DNA of 64,000 bases from Blepharisma stoltei ATCC 30299 (lineage: Eukaryota; Protista; Ciliophora), in the NCBI GenBank assembly GCA_965603825.1, contig CBFDEM010000047.1, positions 620,001 through 684,000 of the forward strand, written 5' to 3'. A program made the position numbers and the translations under genes. Within the stretch, counting starts at the first letter, position 1. Every line of letters begins with the position of its first letter. The notes beneath the pieces are model-generated. The model searched no databases. It saw only the letters and a list, made by a program, of their open reading frames with translations, and was not told where the DNA came from. Shown in pieces: positions 1 through 11,762 of the stretch.

Positions 1-2237
1 GGAACAGAAACCATGCATATTTACATGTGAGTTGTTTTGTTGCACAGTATCCTGAGTATTTGCATTCACTTGTTGACCATTTGGTGGAGGTAAAATTAAA
101 GCATTGGGATATCATTATAAGGCAACTGGCTGCTTGCTCTTTGTCTGTGCTGGTTCCGTTTGACCCGAATTATTATATACAAGTGGTGATACCAAAACTT
201 CTGCCGGAGGTATATGATAATAATTTAATAACAAGGCATGGAGCTATTTTAGGGGTTGGAGAAATTGTTGTAGGATTAGCGGGAAGAAGCGCTCTGAATA
301 ATGACCCTAAAACTATTGAAAAAATGATGTATAAGCATTCAGTGAACTATTATATGCTTAAATCCAGTGAAGAAGCCTTAGACGGCGATAAGGCAATATT
401 AAAAGACAGTGAAAACAGCAGATTATTCAAAGAATATTACAAAAAGCTCCAGAGTGTCTCACATCTAGACCTTATCCCTACTCAGCTTTTTAACCAAGTC
501 AAAGAAATCGTTCCTACAATAGAGAAAAAGAGGCTTTACCGAGGCAAAGGTGGACAGATCATAAGAATTGCAGTCTGCCGATTTTGTGAATGTTTAGCGA
601 AATCAAGCATTGTACTATCAGGGAATTTAATTATAAAAATCCAAGAAACTTTAAATGAAAGCGTCATGCATAATGCTCCAGAGGTTTCTGATGCTGCACA
701 AGCAGGCTTAAGCGAATTTAGTAAGACTTATCATAACTCCCCAGGTGCCCAATTGGTGGAAATAACGTTGAAAAAATATCTGAAGACAATGCAGGAGTTT
801 AACTCTAATAAAGAAATTCCTGCAAATATTGCTAGAGGGTCTGCGTCAGGGATAGGATGCTTGAATTTTACTTTGATAAGCACGATGCCAAAAGAAGCGA
901 TTTTTGCTTTGATTGAAGCTACAAAAATAAGAGGGACTGAGTTAGATGACCCAGAGACTCGTAGAAACGCAGCTTCAGCGCTTGGACAGTTGATTTCTTT
1001 TATGATAGAAAATTCAAAGACACTAAATCCTGGAAATGTAAGGTTTGAGGATGAGCTGCCAGTTCATGAGTTTGATAATGAATTGGTAAATATAGTATTT
1101 GACTGCCTATATTCTTGCACAGAAGACTATACAAATGACAAAAGAGGCGATGTTGGAAGTTGGGTCCGAGGTGCCGCAATCCAATCATTACAGATGATTG
1201 TATCAACCGGAATAGCAATTTCAGAGCCAGCTTGGGAAAAAATAATTTGTGTATTACTCCGTCAGCTAGTCGAAAAAATCGATAGACTCCGACAGCTGGC
1301 TGGCGATATCATTACTAGCCTTCTACAAAACTTTACACTTCCAGCCTGGAGCCAAATTCTTCTCCCTATTTTTGTCTATAACCAAGGCTATATGCAGCAG
1401 TTCAAAGAAACCCAAGAAAAGCTGCAAAAAACTGAGTCACTTCCAGACCAGTCAGAAATGCCAATCCAATCAATTACTTCAAACTACGAGAGATCAAGCT
1501 TATGGAGTGTCCCCAATTTTGCATTCCCCTTAGTTGTCCCATTACTTAATGAAAGCCGCTTCAGACGTGACATGATAAGAGGAATTATCGTCAGCGTCGG
1601 AGGAATCACTGAGTCCACCGTAAAAAGCTCCTCAGAAGAACTCGTAAAATACGCAAAAAGAAATAAAGAAATCGTGTGGGATTTATTGAACATTTTTAAA
1701 GAAGCTGAAGAAAGGCTGCAGATTCCATTTATGAAGACGTGGAGCTTGCTATTTAAGCATATTCCAAGCATCAATGAGATGAGCGAGTTTGGCCATCAGC
1801 TGCTGCTTGTGACGCAGGAATCCATAAAAGCAAGCAAAGATATCCATAAATGGCTGAATTCGTTAGGAGTTTTTACAGCGCTGCTGGATAATCCACAATG
1901 CTCAAGAGAAGCCTTGAGAATTATGGTAGGAGCTCTTGGGCAGGCATATCCAAAGGTAAGGGCACAAGCGGCGCAAAATCTGTATTCATTTTTCTTAGGT
2001 GTTGATTCACACAGTACTTTTTGCAGCTCGGAAGAAGCGTTTAATAAGATGGTTGACATGATTATCAACACTTCGTGGATTTTAAGTCTAAAAGAAGTAA
2101 GGCCGGTGAGAAATGAAATATTTTTGCTGTTAGGGATGGAGCCACCTAAGGTTAAAGTAACAGCCAAAAAAGATGAAGATTCGAAGGAACAAGAAGACGA
2201 GAGCTATAAATCACTAGTGAGAGAAATGGGCTATTAA
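1..2237 (+). CDS. TBCD: Tubulin-specific chaperone D (tubulin folding cofactor D), 5'-truncated by the window edge
   Basis: The frame is open from base 3 (NRNHAYLHVSCFVAQY). TBCD hallmarks: KLKHWDIIIRQLAACSL, RHGAILGVGE, RLYRGKGGQIIR, DYTNDKRGDVGSWVR, LVEKIDRLR, VSVGGITES. Ends TAA at 2235-2237. Confidence 0.93.
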   Translation, partial: NRNHAYLHVSCFVAQYPEYLHSLVDHLVEVKLKHWDIIIRQLAACSLSVLVPFDPNYYIQVVIPKLLPEVYDNNLITRHGAILGVGEIVVGLAGRSALNNDPKTIEKMMYKHSVNYYMLKSSEEALDGDKAILKDSENSRLFKEYYKKLQSVSHLDLIPTQLFNQVKEIVPTIEKKRLYRGKGGQIIRIAVCRFCECLAKSSIVLSGNLIIKIQETLNESVMHNAPEVSDAAQAGLSEFSKTYHNSPGAQLVEITLKKYLKTMQEFNSNKEIPANIARGSASGIGCLNFTLISTMPKEAIFALIEATKIRGTELDDPETRRNAASALGQLISFMIENSKTLNPGNVRFEDELPVHEFDNELVNIVFDCLYSCTEDYTNDKRGDVGSWVRGAAIQSLQMIVSTGIAISEPAWEKIICVLLRQLVEKIDRLRQLAGDIITSLLQNFTLPAWSQILLPIFVYNQGYMQQFKETQEKLQKTESLPDQSEMPIQSITSNYERSSLWSVPNFAFPLVVPLLNESRFRRDMIRGIIVSVGGITESTVKSSSEELVKYAKRNKEIVWDLLNIFKEAEERLQIPFMKTWSLLFKHIPSINEMSEFGHQLLLVTQESIKASKDIHKWLNSLGVFTALLDNPQCSREALRIMVGALGQAYPKVRAQAAQNLYSFFLGVDSHSTFCSSEEAFNKMVDMIINTSWILSLKEVRPVRNEIFLLLGMEPPKVKVTAKKDEDSKEQEDESYKSLVREMGY

Positions 2238-2508
2238 TGAGTTAAAGCTTAATTTGAGTAAGATTAGAGTAGTAAATGAGTGTTTAGATTTATGGTTATC
2301 ATAGTTATATTAGTACTAAATATTAGCCCTTATTAAATCAATTCATAATTTTTGGCCTGGAATGACTTATATTTGCTGTTAACGATATCGCTCTTGATAT
2401 TAATAATCTTTTCTATGAAGTCCTAATTTTTCCATATTAAACATCTGTAAACCATTTATTATAGGGAAATTAAATAGAGTTTTTTTTTTAAAAAATAATT
2501 AACGTATT

Positions 2509-5500
2509 TTATTCTACTGACTTAAGCGGAACAATCTTCGAGCTTTTCCCTCTGAAACTAAATGCAAATTTAAACAAAGTGCTCGTATTTTTTACCGTTT
2601 TTCTAAAAAGTAAACTTGGGTATTTTTTCCTTTGAACTATCCAGCCGATCATTGCGATAACAATATACCCAAAAATTAATATAAATATCCAAGCAATGCT
2701 TGAATTTTTTTGAAGGCCTATATTAATTGTTGCCAAAAATGAAGTTCAAGTTACAGCTATTAGGCTTAGAGAAAGTCATCAGCTGAACCGAGGATAATTA
2801 TAAGCTTTATGCTTAAATGTGAAGATCACAAAACTGATAGCTACAATTGTAAATAAAATCCCATGTATTAATTCCTCAGCTCTTTTGACTGTTTTATTCA
2901 TAAGGATAAGAACGACTTGGAATATCGTTTTTGCCATTAAATGCAATGGGGTATATTTCACATGGATTAAAGGCTCTAGTTCTTGTCAGAGCGGCCTACA
3001 AAAAACAGCTAAAGGCTCATAAATCAAAAGACAGAGCCCAGAAATTGCGGCATATATTATATGACTATCTTTTCAGCAGAATTGGTAGCAGTCTTTTACC
3101 ATATAGCTGTCTGTAAAATTATTTCCAATTGATTTATCACATACAAAAACATCCAATAAGACTGATACTATGGGGATAAACATCAGATTTCCAAGAACTG
3201 GCATCAATAAATCTGCTAATTGATTCAAAAATCTTAAAAGAGGAACTGAGGGAAATTTTTCGTCAAGTCTTAATAAAACATTGGTCGACAAAATAACCCA
3301 TAGCAGCACACAGGCAAATATAAAATCAAGGAAAATCCAAAAGACCCCATTTGTTGCTTTTATTACGTGGTTAAGGTCTAAAGATACCATGTTTCCTATA
3401 TTTTCTATTAAAGAGTTAATCGGTGTAATATCTGGCCCCATCGCTAGCAATTGAAAAAACTCTATTACAACGGTAGCGCCCATCATAAAATCTTCAATAG
3501 AAATTTCCTGCTTTGTTGTCAGCTGGTCCACTTTTATATTCCATCATTTTTTCCAAATATAAAACGTCAGCAATGCGGTATTCAGACCCACAGCAATACA
3601 TATGCCAAAAATTAAGTATCTCCCTTTGCCAAAAGTTCTAATTAAAGTATCTGGAAATGGGCAATCTCCATTAATCACCCTCAGCAAATGAATAGAAGTT
3701 GTATTTCCTGGATACAAGAGAGGTTTAAGAACTTCAAGAATAATAGACCCAGTTGGCCTGAAAAAAGCATTATCACTAATAGTCACATCGCCTGTATCAG
3801 GATCCATTACAGCGTTCTGCAAAACAACAAGTTCAACAATTCTATTATTTGTTCCATTATCTATTTGCACCTTGCCAGAGCATCCCGTGAACTTTTGTTT
3901 TCTTACATTCGATATCATTTGGGTTCCATTCCTATAATCCTGACCTCGATGAATCATAAATTCAAGTGACAAAGCGCCTAAATATAGCGCGTCAAAATAC
4001 CAGCACGGTGGAATTTGGCGGTCAGTTTTGTCAATCCCATATCTTGATTGAAGCAAATCTGCTACCATTGCCCCAGTGCTTCCAATATAAGCTGGCTGCT
4101 CAAAAGCCATTGAGGGAATACTCACTTCTTTTACTTGTTGAAGATAAGCTGCGCCTGAGGAATACATAGACGACATAACTCCAGGAATGCAATAATAAAT
4201 AAGAAGGTCTCAACTCCTCATGCCTAAGTCGTAAAACATTTTTATACCGTCAGGGGCAATATTGGGAAAAACTGCGAAAACTATTAATCTTGCATTACTA
4301 TTTATAGCTTCTTGAAAAACATGGGAATAATTCGCTTTTAAAGTACTGTAGTAAGAATTTGCAGGGAATGATCGAGAGTTAGGGCTGTTGAGAATATCAA
4401 TTTTATAGTCTTTAGCTTCGTGTACAAAATTGGTAGCCCACTGGCTGGTAAAAGCATCTACTTGATGGATAAGGGCGCAACTATTTCAGCCAAGGGTATA
4501 GAGCATTTTGACTGCCAAAGATGCGATATAAGTGGCATCAAAGCTCACCCTTGCAAAATATGGGTAATTTGCGCTTGAAGAAAGAGTGTTTGAACCTATT
4601 CTTGCTCCTATTTGGGGGATAGTTAAGTTTAGCTTCATAAAGGTTGATATAAGGCCTAATAAAACTGTTGTGCTGCTTGGAGGGATGTAAAATAGCCCAA
4701 TATTGGTTATGTTTTTGTTTATACAGCTTAACTGATATGACGAGTTTAATGCTGTTGCTCCACAATCGAAATCATTTCCTTGAATTTCAAAATTCTCAAG
4801 AATTCCTAGTTTTTCTTCATTTAGTAATGAGATCGCTAAGTGGCTGCCTGTAAATTCAATTGCATTGTACGGATAATCTTGAACTCCATTAGGATTATGA
4901 ATCCCACTGTTCAGGCCTACTTGCAAGATTTTTTTTTTAGATGAAGGTATTATTTGTGAATTTTTTCCTATAAAAATAATATCGCTAAAATGATTTTCCG
5001 ATGTATCAGCAATTAGCTCATGAACTCCATTTTTTACATTGACTAAGCTAAAAGCAGTCACACAAAAATGATTTGGGCACATTCTTTCAGCAACCTCTTT
5101 AACTATGAATTGATTATCAATTATTATTCCTCTATTGACTTCCTCATTCTCAAAAATTTCAATTAAAATGGATATCTGGCAAGAGATATGATCTTCTTTC
5201 GAATCAGTAAGCTCTTCAAATCTGGGAGTAATAATTAGCGATCCTTCTAACGTAGAATTATAGCTGCTTTCAATATTCATCAAAACTGAGCTACCTGCTT
5301 CTAGCAAGTTTTCTCTAGTTAAATTATCCACTATTTTTCATGCGACATCTAAGTCCGTAAATAAATAATATAAATTTGATCCCAAATTAAAAACCTCTCT
5401 ATTAACTATTTCCGCTATATTTGAGCAGCTCTGGATTAAAAAATAATTGAACTCATTGGAATAACTACTATTAATAAGATCTTTTAAATAGAAAAATTCC

Positions 5501-5943
5501 TCAGATAAGAAGAAAACCCCAGTTGTCCAATTGAATTTTTTTAGTGTGTTTATAATAGCTTTCAAGTAACTGCTTTTCTCAAAGTTTAATGAATAGGTTC
5601 ATTTGTTGTAGCTTTCTTGGTAGTCGTCCATAAGAAAGTGAACAAAACTATTTGTTTCAGCAAGCTGAGATAAATGATAATGTGTGTTTCAGTCATAGGA
5701 TGCATCAATAATTGATCAATCTTTGTCGCTGCTTTGAATTAATGAATCAGCTGACTCTTTTACTACTCATGTTAATGTAAAATTATTATATGTTGGCTTT
5801 ATTTTTGAATTAAGCTTGCTTTGTACGATGCTTATGTCAAAATCTTGGTTTTCGCTGTACACAATTAAGAAATCAAGAGAATTTGAAATCGCAATTGATA
5901 GAAGTAAGACAATAAGCAATACCATCAATATATTTTTATCCAT
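2509..5943 (-). CDS. ~1144-aa membrane receptor-like protein: signal peptide, ANF-receptor/Venus-flytrap (type 1 periplasmic-binding) ectodomain, multi-pass C-terminal TM region
   Basis: Six track ORFs (5338-5565, 4486-5331, 3544-4176, 3073-3531, 2779-2961, 2509-2736) lie in one frame and are separated only by TGA. N-terminus MDKNILMVLLIVLLLSIAIS. VFT motifs: LSSSANYPYFARVS...KMLYTLG-W(TGA)-NSCALI, FDALY, KFTGCSGKVQID. Confidence 0.8.
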
Positions 5944-6380
5944 AATTTTTGCACGGATCTTTTATCTTAATTCATGGAGATTATTTAGCAGGTGCTGTTT
6001 TTAAAAGAAAACTTAATAAGTTATTTCTGATTATCCACTAAAGCATATAAAATCAATTTTTAATTTTATGATACTTAGCTTTATTTTATTAGGAATATTT
6101 AAAAAAAATAATTAAGATATTTCACTTGTTTAGATTTTTTAAAAACCCATATTTTTTAAAGTTAATAATAATTATAATAATTGATTGCATATCAACTCTG
6201 AAGATATGATATAAAATATTAAACTAATAATCCAAAAATCGTTTATAAAGGAGAAGTGATAATTAATATATAATATCATTTTTATTCGTTATTAATTCAT
6301 TCCCTACTTATAAATAAAATAGCAAACGCATCAAAGAATTACCTTATTCAATTTATTTAGTAGAATTTTCAAGAAAACAT

Positions 6381-6896
6381 TTAAAAGATCTTAAGCTGAT
6401 GCATATTTTCTTGTGGTACTTTTTTGTCTTCTCTTAAACAGTTTTTCCACAATAAAAATGATTTTTGTGCAACAGTATCGTATTTATACGATAATTTTCT
6501 CAAAATATTAGCATATCTTTTATTTAATCTATGGCTCCTTATTTTATCTCTCTGAGTTTTAACAAGATGAATCGTATTTATCATTGTAGTGATTTGCTGC
6601 TTTGCTTGAGTAGAAGCTCCAGTCAATCTATCAGAAGTTGATTTTAATTCCAAGTTTTTCGCTTTTAGCTGTTTACATTTGTCTTTTTGATTTTTAATTT
6701 CAGTTTTAAGTTTTCTGTTGTCGTCTGCTAATGATTTGATTTTTAGGATTAATGTTTGAGAAAGCTTGCTCACCTCGTTTATTTGCTTATTTTTAAATAG
6801 AACATCACCTATTTCTTTGCATAGTTCGTCTGATTGTTCTCTGATTTGGGTGAAATCGTCAGCATTATTTTTTTCTTTGCCTTCTGAACACCCCAT
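6381..6896 (-). CDS. 171-aa coiled-coil protein with an N-terminal MGCS acylation motif
   Basis: ATG..TAA ORF with heptad-like K/E/Q/L composition, starting MGCSEGK. Confidence 0.7.
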   Translation of the reverse strand: MGCSEGKEKNNADDFTQIREQSDELCKEIGDVLFKNKQINEVSKLSQTLILKIKSLADDNRKLKTEIKNQKDKCKQLKAKNLELKSTSDRLTGASTQAKQQITTMINTIHLVKTQRDKIRSHRLNKRYANILRKLSYKYDTVAQKSFLLWKNCLREDKKVPQENMHQLKIF

Positions 6897-7123
6897 TTAA
6901 AATTTATATGAGTTTCGGCAGTTATTAAATTTCAAAAGCAATTGAATATTTCTATTAAGCTAACTAAGGAGCTATGGATCAATATATAATTCTAATTAAT
7001 TATTGTAAATATTTCATTAATTATATATTGTCCATTGTTGTTGATAAATTTAATTATATTATCTCGTAAAAGCTTCCTTATCTGCTTATTAGATATTTTT
7101 TGCTTATATTTCTCTAACTCTAA

Positions 7124-7759
<636 letters not shown>

Positions 7760-7973
7760 ATAGATAATGCTGTATAGTTTTGTGATCGAAGAAATTTTAT
7801 AGAGATGTGAGCTCTCATCACAAGTTCTTTGGGTTAAAGTTAACGTCTTATTTAGATCTTTATATAAGCATATCTAAGAAAAATTAATCTCAATCCTTTA
7901 CTGAAGATTAAGCAATTTGCATGATTTACCGAAGAAAAATTTTAATTTGATATTTTCAATAATGAAGTTTTGC

Positions 7974-8360
7974 TTAGTCACTTTCTTGCTCCTCTTCATG
8001 CGTCTCTTCTTTTTTCTTTCTCTTTTTTATGCTAGGCTTTTTTGGAGGCTCAGCAGCAACGAGCATCGGATTTTGGAGGCATTTTGTTCGAATTGCTTCA
8101 AACATTTTATCGTTTTCTATAACTTGAGCTCTGAATGTATTTTACATATGTCATAAAGTTAATTTTGAATCTCCTTGCTGAACTGCTAGATCACTTGACA
8201 ACAAAGTTAGCTTTTGAATGAATTCTTCAGTGATTTTGCATATAAGATAAGGAGTTGATGAAGATAATTTTCCAATATCTTGATTTGATTGGACAATTTT
8301 TTTGATACGGTTCTGTATATATTTTACAGGTGGGAACGAGAGATTGTTCTTATTTTTCAT
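7974..8360 (-). CDS. DRAP1: Histone-fold NC2-alpha/DRAP1-like protein (118 aa, two 15-nt introns)
   Basis: Removing introns 8313-8327 and 8131-8145 gives FPP|NRIKKIVQSNQDIGKLSSSTPYLICKITEEFIQKL...KLTL-W-HI|AQVIENDKMFE...KKRKKKEETHEEEQESD*, matching the DRAP1 'FPPARIKKIMQ..DIGK' histone fold. Confidence 0.8.
8131..8145 (-). other. 15-nt spliceosomal intron GTAAAATACATTCAG
   Basis: Contains an in-frame TAA; removal restores the reading frame to the charged C-terminus. Confidence 0.88.
8313..8327 (-). other. 15-nt spliceosomal intron GTAAAATATATACAG
   Basis: GTA..AG with A at position 10. It is in-frame and stopless; removal restores the FPPxRIKK motif. Confidence 0.8.
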
Positions 8361-8823
8361 AGCAATATTTATCTGACTTATCCATAATGATTCCAAAGAC
8401 TTAAAATATGTCGAATTCGTGTCTAGAATAAAAACTATTCAAGCAGAGATATTATAGAGCAAATACTTAGCAAATTTTCTGCTCTCTTGCTAAAAAAATT
8501 GAATAATCTAATTATTAAGAATTGATTTAGTTATAAATGTCAAATTTTTTATATGCTTATAAAAGGCTTCTCAAAAGCACACCTAAGGTAGAGCATAAGG
8601 CCGATTTAAAGGGTTTCAGCATATTCCAAAATTAATTATCTTGAGATAAATTCTATTTTGCCGAAAGGTTTATTGACCCTCATCCTTTGCCATTTTTAGG
8701 GAAAGTCAGCGATAGGCAGGATAATAACCAAAAAATCTACGGGAAATATAAGATTTTCTCAAGAGCTATTCGATCTTAAACGTTAGTATTAAATTTAAAG
8801 AAAATAATTATAAGTTTCATTAA

Positions 8824-9249
8824 CTAGTTTAGCCCATCATGCTTCGACACTATATGCGATTTTATATCAACCCTCTTTATTGGCTGCTCATCTTCACAGC
8901 TTTCACATTTAAATAGAGTCGCAATTTTCTCTGCAGAAGGCTGTTCAGCCACTAGTCTGAAGAAAATTGTCTTGCCTGTAGACTTATTTTCTATGCTAAG
9001 TCGGCTAGGGCTTGTATTGTGATTTTCGTATGTAGTTAGATCAGAATCCACTTGTTTTCCTTGGGAAGAATTATAAGCATTTTTTATTCGAAAGAAAAAT
9101 TCTGAAGCTTGCTTTGAGGTTAGGCCAAGGTCGTCTACAATTGAAAATAGATCTTTTGCTATAAAGAAGAGGGATTCTAAATCACAGCCAAGCTCATCAA
9201 GTTTTCTGAGGCTTGATGTGCTTCTGTTTACAATATACTTGAGATCCAT
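8824..9249 (-). CDS. 141-aa hypothetical protein, possible C-terminal C2H2-like Zn site
   Basis: ATG..TAG ORF with CESC-x(13)-HIVSKH near the C-terminus. Confidence 0.6.
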   Translation of the reverse strand: MDLKYIVNRSTSSLRKLDELGCDLESLFFIAKDLFSIVDDLGLTSKQASEFFFRIKNAYNSSQGKQVDSDLTTYENHNTSPSRLSIENKSTGKTIFFRLVAEQPSAEKIATLFKCESCEDEQPIKRVDIKSHIVSKHDGLN

Positions 9250-9796
9250 CTTATTTTTATCAGGGGGATCCTTAAATTAATACTCAGAATAAATTTATCT
9301 CTAAAAATTTGCATATCATATATTTGATAAAGATCAATTATATTTTAAATTTGAGTATCATCTTTAAATTTATCCTGCTGGGCTATCTTTATTGGCTAAA
9401 AAAATGCCTCACTAACTTCATGGTCCTATGGCAGGTTAAATATAAATAACTTAGTAATTAATAGTAACATGATAGATATTCGTGAGTAACATTTTCCATT
9501 AATTGAACGTGAAACGAGTAGCAACTTTTATCAGTTAAAGAGTGAATCTTAATAACTCTGACAGAATTGCTTTTTTGAGTCTAGACTAAAACCTTCAAGG
9601 TAAATCAAAAATAAATGAAACTCGCAGAATACCTTTATTTATGACAATAACTTGATAAGATTATTAGTATTTATACAATAAAAATAAAATTAATAGAATA
9701 TTTTTCTATTTAAAATATTGCAGCAGAAGCTAACAGTTTTTTTCTTCCTGCAAAACAATTTTCACTTTTTCTTCCATTTATAATCTTGAGACAGCT

Positions 9797-11113
9797 ATGA
9801 AACCACTTGCCACACAATGAAGATCCAAATTAATGCTTTTTCTTCCTATAAAACTGACATTTGTATGCCTTTCGATCATGATAGTCTCAATTCTCCAAAA
9901 ACAATGGGCAACTGTTAAGACTGGAGATGAATCCTACCATATGAATTTCCTTAGATGCACAAATTGCAAACTTTGGACTCAAGATTGAAGCTGAAGATGC
10001 TTTAGAAATTACATGTGCGAATCAGATCCTAACTTAGGAAATTGCGCAGTATATTCAGACGGATGAAATGCTACCAAATACTTTTTGATTTTGGAGATTC
10101 TAGCATTCATTTTTGGGCTTGTGTTGCTAGAAAAGCTTATTTTGGCTTACAGAAATAAATATTTTGGCAATACAGTGATAGTTCATTTAGCAGCTGCCTC
10201 TATGGCCCTTTTCCATACAGGCGCTGTATATGTATGGTTTTCGTTGAACCACACTAGCTGAATAAGAAGCCACACCAATCGCCCTCACGTTGTTGCCAAG
10301 AATGGCCCTAAACTTGCCCTTATAAACACTTTTTTTGCATTTTCTGCATTTATTAGTGTTTTATATTTACTCAAAAAGCATGGAAATGAGACCTATGCTT
10401 CAATGTCATTAGACACAAAAATAGGCAAAAAAACAGCAAAATATTGACTAAAACTTTCAGGCGCTCTTTTTATTCTCGGATTTCTTTCTCACGTAATAGT
10501 GCTCGGCATTGGGAGATGGGCATTGAGATATACCTTTGAAAACGACACTATCTGGCAAGGTGGTCTCCTTAACTGTTACTATTGTGAAGAAGGCATTGAT
10601 AATATCCATTGGGATTGCTTAGCTTCAGTAACTTGCCATTTTGCTCCGAATTCAGGCACTTGTGATTTTTATAAAGACTTATGAAAAGCTTCAGTTTCTT
10701 ATATAATTTTCATACTCATTGCTCTGATAAATTTTATACTCTTAGCTCAGTCATTTTATTCTATATTGAAACGAAGGGATTACGGAATTCCTTTTTTGAA
10801 TTATCTTTATGCAGTTTTATTGTGCGGTTTTAATTTAATTGCGGCTATATCATATATATGGATAAGCCAGGCTAAGATGTTTTCTATTGAGTGCAGTGAA
10901 AGAGTTGGGTATGATGATAGACCAGCTTTATGCCCAACTGGAGGGCCATATACCATTTTAGGGTCAAATTTATTTACTTTGCCAGCTACAGTGATTTTTT
11001 TAATTGTGTATTACAGAAGGGTAGAAGTGGAATATGAAATGAAGCTGGAAGAGTCGGTGATTGATATGAATTCAGAAGATAGTGGTATAGAACTCAATAT
11101 AATAACAGAGTAA
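9797..11113 (+). CDS. 438-aa multi-pass membrane protein with two tandem claudin/PMP22/amastin-like units
   Basis: One frame once TGA is read as Trp (track ORFs 10499 and 10766 are in frame with ATG 9797). Each unit is TM1, a W...CxxC...WxC...C...GxC..Y...W loop, then three hydrophobic segments. Confidence 0.72.
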
Positions 11114-11762
11114 ATAGTTAATATTATCTTTTAACAAATATTTTTAAAATCGTAGTACCCATTTGCCTAATTTTTAAAAAATTAGCACATGCAATAATTA
11201 TACAGGTAAATCTGCTCATCCTTAATTAAAACTTATTTTAATTTTGATAGATTTTTTAATGATTCACTTATTTATTTACTTATATTATCTACTCCAAAAT
11301 ATCTTTCAAAGCTCTTATTTCAAAAAAGAGAATATGAAGAAGGTTCTTCGAAGCAGGAATTTCTAAAGATGCATAAAAAATTTGATGAAATTCTTTAAGG
11401 GCCGACTTCTCTAAAGGCGGAGTAATTCAATTAATTCTATCCAATTCTATCTCAAATGACATTTTATGATTAATTTTTCAAATAATTCTTTCTTTCTTCG
11501 ATTTCCTAATCATAATAGAATTTCCAATTTCTTTAATAAAACAAAAAATGCAGTATTGAGGAGGAGAAAACAATCATTTTAATTTTTAAAGAAAAATATG
11601 CGGCCCACCAAATGCCCATCAGAAATCTCACAACATATCGGGAACATTCGTAAATAAATAGGAATCTGCCAATCGTTTCCACAGAAAATTCAAAAGATTT
11701 CATTAATTTCGAAAAATGGATTCTGATATAATTGTTTAAATCTAATGGTATTAATAATAAAA

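Noticed and set aside
6381-6896. MGC-starting protein as an outlying member of the microprotein family
   Set aside because: It lacks the KAxxAPxLxI..LYxKR motif, has Cys at position 3 rather than 4, and is a longer coiled coil.
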